From contig OY740790.1 in the NCBI GenBank assembly GCA_963514005.1, positions 63,488,001 through 63,552,000 on the forward strand: a DNA stretch of 64,000 nucleotides, in the 5' to 3' direction. Below the pieces are notes generated by a model. The model made no database searches, was not told the DNA's origin, and saw nothing but the letters and a program-made list of their open reading frames with translations. Made by a program: the position numbers and the translations under genes. The DNA is from Raja brachyura (Eukaryota). Below are positions 27,250 to 41,002 of this stretch, piece after piece. Each line of letters begins with the position of its first letter. Position 1 is the stretch's first letter.

Positions 27250-28050
27250 TGCAGTTCTTTCCAGCACATTTTATATACCCACAATGTTACTTTCAGGGAA
27301 TCCTTATAAACATTTCTCAACACATGACGATTTAATGTGCATCTCTTATTCTTGTTTAACTTGCCAATAAGCATCACTTTGCACATGGGATTAAATTCCA
27401 TCTGCCACAAACAATTGATTTGTATCCTTTGGTGTTAAGACAACCCTCCTCGCTATTCACAACACCAATTTTTGCGTCATCTGCAATCTTTCTAGTCAAA
27501 TATCCTGCTCACATTCATGTCATTAATATATATCCCAAACAGGGGACCCAGTACCATTCCCCACCATACAGCACTGATTATTGACTTCCAATGAGAAATG
27601 CATCTTTCCACTACTACCCTCTGCCTTTTATCACCATGCCAACATAAATTAACCATTTTTGTCAGGATTCCGTGTGCCTTGCCCTTCTGGACCAGCCAAC
27701 CATGCGGGACTTGTCAAATGACTTTCTAAAATCTATATAGACAACCTGTACCACTCCTAGCCCTTATCGATTTTTATTGAGTTATCCCCACACAAAGCCA
27801 GACTGACAATTCCCAATCAGCCTCTGCTTTTCCAAATATACTTGTTTGGTACCTTGGTATTCAGTGGCTGAAAAAACTGCCGCTCATTTTAATATCTAAG
27901 GACATTGCTGTGGATTTAAACATATTCTTTAAAAATGCAATAATATTGGCAATAAATTAATAGGAAAAAAAGGAGAGTTCACCATACCCAACATAACAGA
28001 AAATACTGAAAGACACAGCGAACCCAACGGCAACTTAAATGAGAGTGTAA

Positions 28051-28266
28051 AGGACCTGTCCCACTTGCGTGTCCTTGGCACGCAAATTACGCGACCTCGT
28101 GGTCTGAGCCCCAGCCTGAGCCCCAGGCTGAGCTCAGCGATCGTTTGCCTGCTTCTGCTGCTGTTCCAGGTGAGACATTACGTCGCACCAGGATGCCCGT
28201 GCACCTCAACGCGACCACGAGGTTGCGTAATTTGCGTGCCAAGGACACGTAAGTGGGACAGGCCCT
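28051..28266. mobile_element. Harbinger/PIF-type MITE
   Basis: 54-bp TIRs (AGGACCTGTCCCACTT... / ...AAGTGGGACAGGCCCT) with 3 mismatches. TAA TSD at 28048-28050 and 28267-28269. Confidence 0.85.
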
Positions 28267-28734
28267 TAAGTGTGAACAAAAAAGTACAAAATTTCCCCAA
28301 GTTACAACAGCGATAGCGCTTCAAGAAGTGCCCCACATGTTGTCAATCAACATGAGCATCCCGAAGCTCTGAAAGGCACTCAGCAAATGCAAGCTTTTAT
28401 CCTCTTTGCATGAATTACCAAAGTATGTAGTAACATAATAATTAAGCTCCTGGACAAGTCTCCAGAGGCTTGTATTATAGATCTATAGCCACGTCCTCAA
28501 ATTCCACCAAGGCATCTGGGGATTTTAAATCAAAACTAATAGCAGTCACAAAACTTCCAGATTCTTCTAAAAAAATGAATTTCACTGATGCTCTTTGTGA
28601 AAGGAAAGCTCCCTTCCTGACCTAAAATGAACTGCAGACTCACAACTGATGTGGAATCTTCCATCCTCTTAAACAGTCAAATATGCTATTGGATTGTATG
28701 GTCAGTGAGGGCTAGACAGTAAATAACGCCTTAA

Positions 28735-29565
28735 TGATAGGAGTAGAATTAGGTCATTCAACCCATCAACTACTCCACCATTCAATCATGGCTGATCTAT
28801 CTCTCCCTCCTAATCTCATTCTCCTGCCTTCTCCCCATAACCTCTGAAACCAGTACTAATCAAAAAATCATCATCTTTGCCCTCTACAGCCTTCTGTGGC
28901 AAATAATTCCACAGATTCACCACCCTCTGACTAAAAATATTTCACCTTATCTCCTTCCTAAAATAAAATTCCTTTAATTCCGAAGCTATGACCTCTAGTC
29001 CTAAACTCTCCCACTAGTAGAAACATCCTCTCCACATCCACTCTATCCAAGCCTTTCACTATTCCATATGTTTCAATGAGGTCCCCCTCATTCTTCTAAA
29101 CTCCAGCGAGTACAGGCCCAGTGCCAACAGACGTTCATCATAGGTTAACCTCCTCATTCCTGGGATCATTCTTGTAAACCTCCTCTGCACCCTCTCCAGA
29201 GCCAACACATCCTTCCTCAGATATGGTGCCCAGAATTGCTCGCAATATTCAAAATGCTGCCTTATCAGCGTCTTATAGAGCTACAACATTACATCCCTGC
29301 TTTTTGTATACTAGCCCTCTTGAAATAAATACTAGCATTCAGTTTGTGTTCTTTATTACCGATTCGACTTGCAGATTAACTTTTTGGAAATCCTGCACCA
29401 GCACTCAAGTCCCTTTGCACCTCAGATTTGTGGATTCTCCCCATTTAGGAAATAGTCTATGCCTTTATTCCTACTACCAAAATGCATGACTCCACACTGT
29501 GCTACACTATATTCATTCTGCCACTTCTCTGCCCATACTCCCAACCTGTCCAAGTCCTACTGCAG
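28735..29565 (-). mobile_element. CR1-type LINE 3' fragment
   Basis: Same 3' UTR as the copy at 2345; degenerate ORF2 C-terminus. Confidence 0.85.
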
Positions 29566-30046
29566 CACCCTTAAGTCGGCAACCAGATTGCATGGAGCAT
29601 TACAGCGAGGAGAAGCTGAAGTACGAGCTCCCATGAGCTCCACAGGAACACACGCTCGGAACGCCATTCCATTTGCATTTGGCATGTGAGAAATTCTTAA
29701 GAAAATTGGACCTAAGAACCTGCTGCAGAATTTTAAGTAGGATTATTTCTCTATTAGAACTGTTAATATGTTGATCACTGATATTACAATATTGTACTGC
29801 ACATTTTAATATGGTCACCTTGATTATCGTTTAACTATAAACAATGCAGTATTTTATTTAGCTTTGAGAAAAAATATCCATTGAATTACTGCACACAGAA
29901 TAAAACATGACCCCACTAGTCAGCAACAGCCAGATACATTGCATATGAAGCTGACAAAGCTCTCTTTAGATACGTATTTTAAATGTGGCCCACGAGAAAG
30001 TACTGCCTTTTTAAATGTTAAAAGACCTTTTGGTTATCATTTCCTA

Positions 30047-30217
<171 letters not shown>

Positions 30218-30676
30218 TTAAAAACTAAATACCTTTTACTTTAAACTAATGCAGTGATCATTAGAGTTAGGCAGCTAATTTGTACAAATAAAAAATAAAA
30301 ACTCAATTGCTTATTAATTTATTCAAGGAAAATGATTGACTGACCAATCCAGCATTTAAAAAGGTCCAGCCTTACATCATTAATCTGACATGCAACACCC
30401 AAGCAAAGAGTGCCCCTTCCCATCCCACTCAAGTGAGAAAGAGCTGATACGAAAATAATCAGAAAACATTTAATAGTAGTTTTTTTAAAGCACCTTGAAG
30501 ATAAGAGTACACATGATTTTCTCTTCTGCTGTTACATCAACTAATTCCACTCTAAAGGAGCAAATTTTGTTTTCTTTGTTTGATTGCGTCAAGTTATATC
30601 AATATATTGGTGCAAAATACATAGCTTGGTTCATTTACTCACTTCATGCTGGTTTGTACAATGGAGAACTGCATAC

Positions 30677-30794
30677 CTGTGCACTTGAAAAACTTTGTTC
30701 TCAACATGAAGAGTTATATCGGAACAACAACCTTCGTGGTAGAGGGACAAAAGGTCAGCACCTAAAGTGGAGGCTGGCTCTGGTGTGGGATCAT
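30677..30794 (-). CDS. BTBD8: BTBD8-family coding exon 4, start of second BTB domain
   Basis: ttgactag| ... |gtatgc, 118 nt. Peptide DDPTPEPASTLGADLLSLYHEGCCSDITLHVENKVFQVHR. Confidence 0.93.
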
Positions 30795-32060
30795 CTAGTC
30801 AAGAAACATGAAAATACATTACAGAAGCAAGTCCACCTGCATTAAGGAGATTAAAAGCACAGTTGTCAGAAGTTGCTTGGAGCATCTCTGCAGCTGGCCA
30901 TATCTACTTTATGGAAGTACTGAAAGCTTGGACAAAGAAGCTGGTTTTCAAGCTTTCAGACAGACTTTAGAATATTAATACAAAGATGTGGCTGCTAACT
31001 CAACATTTTTAGGGAAGGGATTCCAAAAATTGGAACAGAAGATTTAGAACGAAAACCATTTTGAAATGTTTACATGAAGCAATTGGTGTACAGAGGAATG
31101 ATGTGTAAACAACTCCCCCAATCCAACGGCAGATCAGATCTGGGTTAAGATGCTCATCCAAATTAGTAGCCAGGAGAAAGATGAAATCAATTCCATAGGA
31201 ATTGGTGGATAGATGATAAGGATGGGCTTTTGGTTCTCTTTGTGTTTAACTGGAGACAATTTTGGACAGGTGATTATACAGCTGGTTGTGCAGGTGGTAA
31301 AGAGATATAATGTACAGCTTTCACGAGTTGGTATTTAACTCCAGATTCATGGACAGTTTCTTCCCAGCTGTTATCAGGCAACTGAACAGTCCTCTCATCA
31401 GCAGGAGAGCAGCCCTGACCTCCCATCTACCTCATGGACACCTTTGAACAATTTTTAATTGGACTTTATCTTGCACTAATTTTGTATCCTTATCTGTGCA
31501 TTTTGGATAGCTTGATTTTAATTGTCTGTAGTCTTTTCTTTGACTGGAGAGCATGCAAACAAAAAGTTTCACTGTACGTTAGTACATGTGACAATAATAC
31601 ACTAAACTAAAACTAAAGATAGGACCGATCAATAAGGATAAATCTCCCAAGGATAACATTAGACGGAAGGAAGGGGGGGGGGGGGGGGGGGGAGACACAC
31701 TACAAAGCAGTGGTGGGTCATCTGCAGATTTCTACAAATGTTCACTGATGTTTGAATTAGGCTAGTAAAATAACTGCAATTTCACAGTTTAAAAGATAGA
31801 AATACAAAGCTTTAAAGAAGTCCATAGAATTTTAATAGTTCAAAACTGAAATAGTGGCAGCTAGGGAGCAGCCATGATGAAAGAGATGTGGATGCTGAAG
31901 TAAATCATTGATCACCAGACAAATACATGTGCAAGCATTTTTGTTGCTATGGTACTCCACTTCCACTAATTGTTCAATGAATTTCAATGATTGATACACC
32001 AAATGTTGAGAATCAGCAACCAAAGCTTAATATCAACCCCTGTTCTTAGCAGCTTCTTAC

Positions 32061-32356
32061 CTACACATAGGACCTGATCCTTTTCTTCCATTTCTTCAGG
32101 CACATCAAACATTCCTTCAGGCATATCGTCTTCCAACAGACTAGAGGTCAACATCTCAATTTCACCCGAGGCATTATCGTTAGGAGCAGCTGGGACTTTT
32201 CCACCCTCAATATCTTTCCCATTGCACATGTTCACTTTCTCAAAGTCACTTAAGGATAGATTGTGGCCTTCTGTCAATCGCATCCCATTCTGATCATTGC
32301 TCAGCAACAGCTCCTCTTCCAATTGATTCACTTTCCCGTCTGCTGTATAAATCTGT
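32061..32356 (-). CDS. BTBD8: BTBD8-family coding exon 3 (end of BTB1 and acidic linker)
   Basis: ctgtaatag| ... |gtaaga, 296 nt, phase 2 to phase 1. Peptide QIYTADGKVNQLEEELL...EEMEEKDQVLCV, inside ORF 31984..32460. Confidence 0.88.
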
Positions 32357-33762
32357 CTATTACAGAAAAAAGATAAACAATTTTGAAAAGCAACAGATGA
32401 CTGTACACTAAAAGGACATGTAAGCACTATGATCCTTACAAGACATTGGCGAGACCACACTTGGGAATACTGGGTACAGTCTGGTCACCTAGCTATAGGA
32501 AGAATGTTATTAAATTGGAATGGGTGCAAAAAACCATCCCAAAAGATTCACAAGAATGGTACTGGGACAAAAAACTAAAGTTGTAAGGGCAGACTGGGTA
32601 GGCTGGAGTTATTGTCAATAAAGTATAGGAGTCTTTATGGAGGAGGTATATAAAATCATGAGGAGCATAGATAGTTTTTTTCCCCCCCATGGTAGTGGAG
32701 TTTAAAAGCAGAGGGCGCAGATTTAAAGTGAGATGGGAAAGACATAAAGGGGACACAAGGGGCATTATTTTCACACACAGGATGGTGGGTATGTAGACAT
32801 TTGGATAGGTACATGGATAGAAAAGGTTTAGAGGTACATAGGACAAACAAAGTAACTTGGTCAGGTCAGCATGGATAAGTTGGGCAGAAGGGTCTGTTTA
32901 CTTGCTCTATAAATCTGTGCAAAACAGTCATACCCTGATAATTAATACATTATGTAACTGTTTAATACAAATCTGTCTATAGTTCTGAATATACTTATTT
33001 TATGGGGGCATTTTGAACATACTGAAATTCAAAGAGCTCAAATGCTCCCAAGATAACAACCATAATATTTTTGATTTAATCCATTAAAAACCAGTACATT
33101 CCTACAATTATTGAAGCAATGATTTTAGACATAATCTGTATGTCATAATTTTTACATTGAAACTGCCTTTTGTAAATACAAGGAAATGTTCAAGAAACAC
33201 AAATCGAATGCCTCAGATCAGAAATGGCAATTGACCGACTGTGAAGTCCAGAGGCCAAAAATCCAGTGGGATATCTTGCAATAGAATAAGCACGATTGTT
33301 AAATAAAGCGTTGTGAGCAATTTGTTGCTACTTGTTAACCTACTTTTTATCTACTTTTTTACCATTCCATTGTTTTCACTTAAAAATAAAGATTATGTAA
33401 CATCTTATAATGAAAAAAGATAAAGCATTTGCAAGCGTTACCACTTTTGTTGACATCTACTGATATATACTTTTTAAAAATACATAATTAGACTTTGTAC
33501 ATTAGCATCAAAAAGGAATGGCAGGTAGAGGACTGGAGTTCCCTGCCAATTATAAACACTGAAGCCACTGGAAAGGAACACAAGAATCAAGAGTGTTTAA
33601 TTGTCATATGTACCGACAACGGAGCAATGAAGTTCCCACTTGCAGCAGTTAAACAGGCCCGTAAACATAGCACACATCATTTAAAAAAAAAATTCAATAG
33701 ATTAATAACTAACACTGGTGCAAAAACCCAAAGTCCTTAGTGCAACCAAAGAGACCCTAGAA

Positions 33763-33966
33763 CAATGGTTCCCAACCTGGGGTAGATTTACCCCCAGGGG
33801 GTAAATTTGTTGATTCTGGGTTTGTACAACATTTTATTTTCATTGACTGTGTTTGGTTCAGGTATATCTGTTCATCATTGGTTGTTCATAAATAAGTCAA
33901 ATTACATTGCTGTGTACAATTAAAGTTGCCAGGGGTAAACGGGACGAAAAAGGTTGGGAGCCCCTG
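33763..33966. mobile_element. hAT (Charlie/Buster-like) MITE
   Basis: TIRs CAATGGTTCCCAACC / GGTTGGGAGCCCCTG. Perfect 8-bp TSD CCCTAGAA at 33755-33762 and 33967-33974. Confidence 0.88.
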
Positions 33967-34227
33967 CCCTAGAAGTCCATTGTTGCTGAAGTTATTTATG
34001 AGTAATATTCAAGAGCTTGATGGTTATTGGGAAGCCGTTATGTTTGAACCCACTGGTCACGGCTTTATCGGATCCAGTACCTTCCCATTGTTAGGAACAA
34101 AAGGAGAACATGACCAGGGTGGTGTGATCTTCAATGATATTGGCTGCCTTTGAGGCAGTACCCTTTAATAGTGGGGAGGTCAGTACCTATGACAGACCAG
34201 GCAATAGCTACCACTCTCTGCAATCTG

Positions 34228-35065
34228 GAGGGAAACTTGGACAGGTTGGGTGAGTGGGCAGATGCATAGCAGATGCGGTTTAATGTGGATATCCACTTTG
34301 GTGGCAAAAACAGGAAGGCAGATTATTATGTGAATGGTGTCAAATTAGGAAAAGGGGAAGTACAATGCGATCTGGGTGTCCTTGTACATCAGTCAATGAA
34401 AGTAAGCATACAGCAGGCAGTGAAGAAAGCTAATGGCATGTTGGCCGTAATAACAAGAGGAGTTAACCATAGGAGCAAAGAGGTCCTTCTGTAGTTGTAC
34501 AAGGCCCTGGTGAGACCACACCTGGAGTATTGTGTGCAGTTTTGGTCTCCAAATTTGAGGAAGGACATTCTTGCTATTGAGGGAGTGCAGCGTAGGTTCA
34601 CAAGGTTAATTCCAGGGATGGCTGGACTGTCATATGTTGAAAGAATGGGGTGACTGGGCTTGTATGCTCTGGAATTTAGAAGGATGAGAGGGGATCTTGC
34701 TGAAACATAAGATTATTAAGGGATTGGACACGCGAGTGGCAGGAAACATGTTCCCGATGTTGGGGGAGTGCAAAACCAGGGGCCACAGTTTAAGAATAAG
34801 GGGTTGGCCATTTAGAACGGAGATGAGAAAAAACTTTTTCACGCAGAGAGTTGTGAATCTGTGGAATTCTCTGCCTCAGAAGGCAGTGGAGGCTGATTCT
34901 CTGGATGCTTTTACGAGAGAGTTAGATAGAGCTCTTGAAGAAAGCAGACTCTGGATAAGGGGAAAAGGCAGAAACGGGCTACTGATTGTGGATGATCAGC
35001 CATGATCCCAGTGAATGGCGGTGCTGGCTTGAAGGGCCAAATAGCCTATTCCTCCACCTATCATC
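34228..35065 (+). mobile_element. CR1-type LINE 3' portion
   Basis: Peptides IHFGGKNRKADYY, AVKKANGMLA, RTEMRKNFFTQRVVNLWNSLPQKAVEA. Confidence 0.92.
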
Positions 35066-38000
35066 TATCTCCTTTGTTCCTGGGTTGCATTCCAAGTTGC
35101 CGAACCAAGCCAGTTAATATGCTCTCAACCACACACCTGTAGTAGTTTCAGAGTGTATTTGTCAACATACCGAATCACCTCAATCTTCTAATGCAGAAGA
35201 GGCATTGATGAGCTTCCTTTATGATTGAATCCATACGCTAGACCCCAGGAGAGTTCTTCATATATATGCATGCCCTGGAACTTGAAGTTGATGACTCACC
35301 CTCAACGCTAACCTGTTGATGAAGGTTTGTGGATCTTTGGCTTTCCCCTTCTAAAGCAAACAATCCACTTCTTGGTCTTGTTGACATTGAGAATAGAGTT
35401 GCTGTTTTGGCACCATTACAGCAGGTTTTCAACCTCCCTCCTATACTCTGATTAATCATTACCCGTTATTCGTCCAACAGCAGTGGTACTGTCAACGAAT
35501 GCCAACTGGCATTGGAACTGTCTGCCTGTATAGTTGTGGTTATAGAGAGGGCAGAGCAAAGGACTGAGGGCACAACCTTGACGTGCTCCTTATTTTCCAA
35601 AGTTGAGCATAAGGTTAGAAGAGATGATGGTGTGGTATGCTCAGCTGTAGTCAATAAACAACATATTCCTGTTGTTCAAATGGTCCAGTGTCGAATGGAG
35701 AACCAACGAGATTGCATCCCTTGTTGATCTATTTTGGCACTATGCCAATTGTAATGGTCCAGTCCTTACGGATGTGGGAGTTGATATGCGTCATTACCAT
35801 CCTCCCAGAGCACATTGCCACCAGGGACAGTAGTGTCACCAGCTGGTATTGGTTCCCACTTTACTCTTCCTGGACACGTATTATTGATGCCCCTTTAAAG
35901 TAGGAACCTCGCACCATAGTAAAGGAAATTTGAAGGTGTCCACAAAATCACCAGCTAGTTGATCTGCACAGGTTTAAGAATGTAGGCAGGTATACCATCA
36001 TTGGAGCCAGATGGAATAACAATGACAGAAACCTTAGCACACATTTAGTGTTGGCGATCAACAGATAACTTTTACGTCCAAAAATTGTTTCCAAAACTGG
36101 ACTGGTGATATTACAGCTCTAACAGAGTGGTCACTATGGAGCCCAACTATTTAATGGACATGAACCAGGGAGATCAATATATTCATTAAGTATTTAATTA
36201 CAAGCTGGATTAATTCAGACAGAGGCTGAAATCGTTATTAATCACCAAAGACAATTTTTAAATCAGAAATAGTTTTAGCAAAACAATAGCAGGGATCTTG
36301 CAGCAGTTAAATAAAATCATTTATTTTAAAACTAGATGAGATCCTGTTAACTACAACATTTCTTTGCAGTCTGACTCCTGGTCACATTCCCGCAACTCAG
36401 TAATTTGTATTTTGAGCTCTTTACAGAAAGACCTGTGAACCATTGCCGTGTGACACAAAAACATCTATTTCTGAAAAGGGCTTACATTTGCAATTGGCTC
36501 TTCAATATTCATGCCGCGCTTCGACCCTGCTCCCCCACAACAGCTTACAAGGCTGCAATTTAGATGCTAATTTCACACAATATATGCTTTTCAGTGGTTC
36601 ACCTTAGTTTCTATTTCACTAGCTAACCACTAATTTATGTCCCAACATCAAGCTCCCTACAGATTTATAAACCTTCTGAATAGCAGTAACCAATCTTCAA
36701 TTTTGGAATAAATAATTTCCAATTTATTTAGCACTACAGTTTTCTTCCCCCACTGACAATGTACAGCTGCTCACAGGATTCCATAAACACCAGACACCTC
36801 TCATGGATCTCCCACAGGAAATATGAAGGACCAGCATTTAATCAAAATGGTAATCAAAGTTTGCTTTCATGCAAAAAATCTGTAATTTAGTTTGTCAAGG
36901 AACATAATCCACTGCACGTACTTTTCCAATGGAAAAACAAAATTATTCTCCTTGCAGTAAGCTACTGAGGTGTTATTAATTACCTTGCATTTGATACCTT
37001 TAATCATAACAGTTTGCTTCAATCTTTACACGTTAAACACGTGTTCTTACAGCCATATTGGGGGAGGGGTGTGCAACATTGAGAAGGGAGAAATGGAAGC
37101 GACAACTGCAGCTTAGTTTGGCTCCAGCACTTCTGGTGTAACACCAGATATGACATCTATATCCTAGAATAAAGCACAGGTTTAAACCCCACCCCAGACA
37201 TCATTCTTATTAGGGAGATTCACTGGAATGAATATAGGAGGTGGAAAGTGGATTGATTAGATCTTTCAATCATGGAAGGTTTGGATAGAGTAGCAGGAGA
37301 GATGCAATGCAGAGTGGCATGGGAAGAGGGCAAGAATGTGGTTCTGAGGATCATCGTATTGAATAATGGAGCAAGTTTAAAGGTCCAAATGGACTATTCA
37401 CACTCATTTTCTTCTGCTATTATTGATGGAAGGTCAAAGTAGAAATCATTGAATGAAGATGGTTGGCAAAACTACTAAAATTATCCAAGGTGGTGGTGGG
37501 GGGAACTTGCTTCTTTTAAAGATATTGCAAGTGGTAAGGATCTGGAATGCATTGCTGGGGGAGGAATAGAGGTAGATTCAGTCATGGCAGTCAGAAGCAA
37601 CCAGATGAACACTTGACAGTAAGAACATTCATAGTTATGGAAGAGGATTGGGGAACAATGCGAGCAGGATTGTTCTTGCACTGGGACAGACTCAATAAGC
37701 TAAATGGTCTCCTTATGTGCCCTACTTTTCTGAAAGCTTGGTGGTTAATCAAAATTGAGGCTGACACTTCGGTAAGGGGAAACAGGCTCAGAGAAATGGC
37801 CTTTCAAATGAGAAGCCACATCTCGGCTGCCTTTGATCACCTTCTCATGCATATAAGTGTCAATGAGACAAAGACATGAAGTGCCAGGAGAAAGTCACAA
37901 GACAGTTGATAAAAGAAAATAACTGAATCTAAAATGTAACCATAAAATAATCTATGGGGATCAGAAAAGGAAAAGGGCTATCTAGGAAAGTGGTAATGCT

Positions 38001-38420
38001 GAACAGAAAAATAAAATTCATGGAGGTAGTGGTAGGCCAAGGTACCATATGAACTCAACATGAAATGCAGTACTACTAAAATTACCTGTAATAAAAAGTA
38101 CATCCTCCTGGGCCAAGGTCCAACAGTATAGTCAAAAGAAAGGCACATACCCACTAAGTAATACGGCCTGCACCCCATATGAAAAAGAGAAAGGTCCTTC
38201 TAACTCCTTGTTAAACAGGTTGAGATCTGGAAAAGGGTCAGTGGTCTTAGTTAAAATTGATCCCAATAATCTGCTTGGAAAGGACTCTGCTTTACTTCAC
38301 AATTGCATTACAATGTATTGTGCTTGGAAAATTTTGCAGTCAGTACTGGTTATACCTCTCCATCGCTTCGAAGTGCCTGTTGTAGGTCTAGATGATATTA
38401 GTGATTCCGAGTAGACTATA

Positions 38421-41002
38421 GTTGGAGGAGATCTCTACATTCATCTCCTGAATTGAGGATTGGAAGTTAAACCAAGTTTCCACCTGCACACTTGATGAGT
38501 AGCAAGGAAGTTATTTCCTCTATTCATAAATACTACAAATAGATTACAAACTGTTATTTGTGGTGGCTTGCTGTGTGTATGAATTTTACACACGTAGGCC
38601 TTAATCTTCAAACATTTTTCCTGATGGCTTTAGGGTATGTTGGCACTCGTGGCAGCAGTAATGTATTTGAGCACAGATACATGCCATCACTGAGGGATTA
38701 GCCCAGAAAATGCTGAACGGTCCAGGGTTTCTAGGGTTCAGTCAAGGATTTTTATTGCTGGGGACAGGTTGACAAAAGTTCTTTGGCGGGTTTCATTCCC
38801 TTCTCAGTGAATAATAACTTGATGTCTTGAAGCTCAGCTGCTGAACCCGTGCAGACACAAGCATTGATTAAAAGTTCTTTCGTGAGGCCCATTCTCATCT
38901 CAGTAAATAACAAGTATTGATGACGTTGCTTTCTTGAGGCATGGTGGAATTTTCAACCCAAGAGCAACTTGCTTGTGGTTAATTAGCACCTGAATTTTCT
39001 GACTGAATCAAAGCAGTCCTGCTAATGTCCTGGAAGAAAAGCCAAGAACTTCTTCACAGGGGCTAACTGCAATGGGCCCCAGGACAGGCAGGTACTCTGT
39101 AACTACCACTGGTTGGGTGATATTAGACTGCCTGCAGGGCACTGTCTGGAGTGGCTGTTTTTGTGAGAGTCATGCCAATAATCCTCTTAAAAGACAAAAT
39201 GAATCTCATTTCTGTCACATTTTTATGGCTAGTTTGTTTCCTTTGGCTTGGAATAGCCTTCGTTAAGATGTGGAAGCTGTTCAAATTTCAAAATGCTGAG
39301 CACATGTGGATGAAACAATGAAAGAGAGACTGGGGAGGTTTCATGGACAACAGCTGCATATATCAGTGATGGTTTTGCCCCCTCTCATGCTTTTAAAGTT
39401 ATGTAAATGGTCCAAGCCATGTGCAAATGGATTAGCTCTGTTCTGCAAGATTAAATTAAGAAATTTATCTCTAAAAAGGAATGAATGAACTTCATGAAAC
39501 ATTTTTGAATCAAGTATTCTCCATTATATAAAATGCAATTAAAAACTCCCCCTTAGCCACAGATTGGACATTAAGCCCGCAGTATTAGCCGAAGAGATGC
39601 AATTAAGGAGTTCAATGATTTTTGACACAGACGATTTAAAAAGAATTATTCCATCATTTAGATCTTCGTAGTAGCTGTCACTTTAGATCCTGGCAAAATT
39701 TAGATTCTACTTGATTTAAATTGTATTGCAATTGAAAATTATCCAAAAACTAATGCCCCACTTCAAAACACAAAACGATCAGGAAGATATTGTGAAGAAA
39801 AATGCCCATGGCCAGAACTCGTATAATGGCTGGAAAAATGAAACCGTTCAAGCAACATCAGTGAGGAAAGAAATAGTTGTGCTATTGTCATGATGTACTG
39901 ATCATTGCTTCCCTCGATTATGAGCCCATCTTTGAACTTCAGGCTGTTGTCTCCCAGGTGATCACTTTATTTCCTTGGGCGATCTCCCCTCTGCAGTGTT
40001 CAGCCATGTAGACCCCACCCTACATCACCTGCTCAGGAGCACAAGGATTGGACTGGCAGACCCATTGTTTTAGCCTGCACTTGTCCCTTCTCTTTTATCG
40101 ACAGCATCTTTGACACCCTCTGCCACTTTGTCAGTTTCCCAGTCTCAAATGACTCACCACCATGGATTCCAATCACTCTTATACTCCCTTCCCACACTTG
40201 GATGGTACAAGGACCCTTTCATTCCCTGAACAGAGGCGAAACAAAACCTTCACCACCACTCTATTTTACTTGGCAGAATTCATTCTTACATCAAGCAACC
40301 ATTTCTTCAACTCTCCTCAAGTCAAAGCTTTTTCATTATCTCTACATAGGGAGCAATCCTTCGTGCAGTCTAATCAGGCCTCATCCCCTCAACTCTTTCT
40401 TTGTTTCACAGATGGTGCTGCTTTCTGCACTCGTGCATTTGAAATTTTCTTTTTTTTGCTGACATTTTCCATCCTGTACTCATCTCTGACTTCTTGAGCA
40501 GACCAGTATCTCATATGCCTTCACAAACGTATCTACATCTATTGTCACCTTCAGGGATCCTTAGACTTGTACCTCTGTCCCTCAATTCTTCATGATGTTT
40601 GTTATACACTTCTAGTCATCTCCAAGTGCATCATTTTGCATTTATCAGGATTAAATTTCATCTGACATTGCGATGCCCATTTTCCCCAAATGATCAATAA
40701 CATCCTGTGTGCTAGGACTATTAGCATCAACATCAGTTTTCATGTCATCTACAAATTTATTAAGCATCCCTATTCTGTTCAGGACTTCAAAAGCAAGTGG
40801 CTGTAGATTTATTTTAGAAATGCAGACAATGTTGTAAAATTCATACACACAGCAAGCCACCACAAATAACAGTTTGTAATCTATTTATAGTATTTATGAA
40901 TATAGGAAATAACTTCCTTGCTACCCATCAAGTGTGCAGGTGGAAACTTGGTTTAACCTCCTATCCTCAATTCAGGAGATGAATGTAGAGATCTCCTCCA
41001 AC
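38421..41002. repeat. 170-bp inverted repeat pair (38421-38590 and 40833-41002)
   Basis: Direct comparison gives 5 mismatches in 170 bp and no indels. Confidence 0.95.

Larger units (their letters stand above)
33580..35700 (-). mobile_element. Old Rex1/Babar LINE remnant interrupted by the hAT MITE and a CR1
   Basis: Rex1-like 3' end near 33585 (TGACAATTAAA on the minus strand). Degenerate RT remnants at 35070-35700. Confidence 0.55.
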
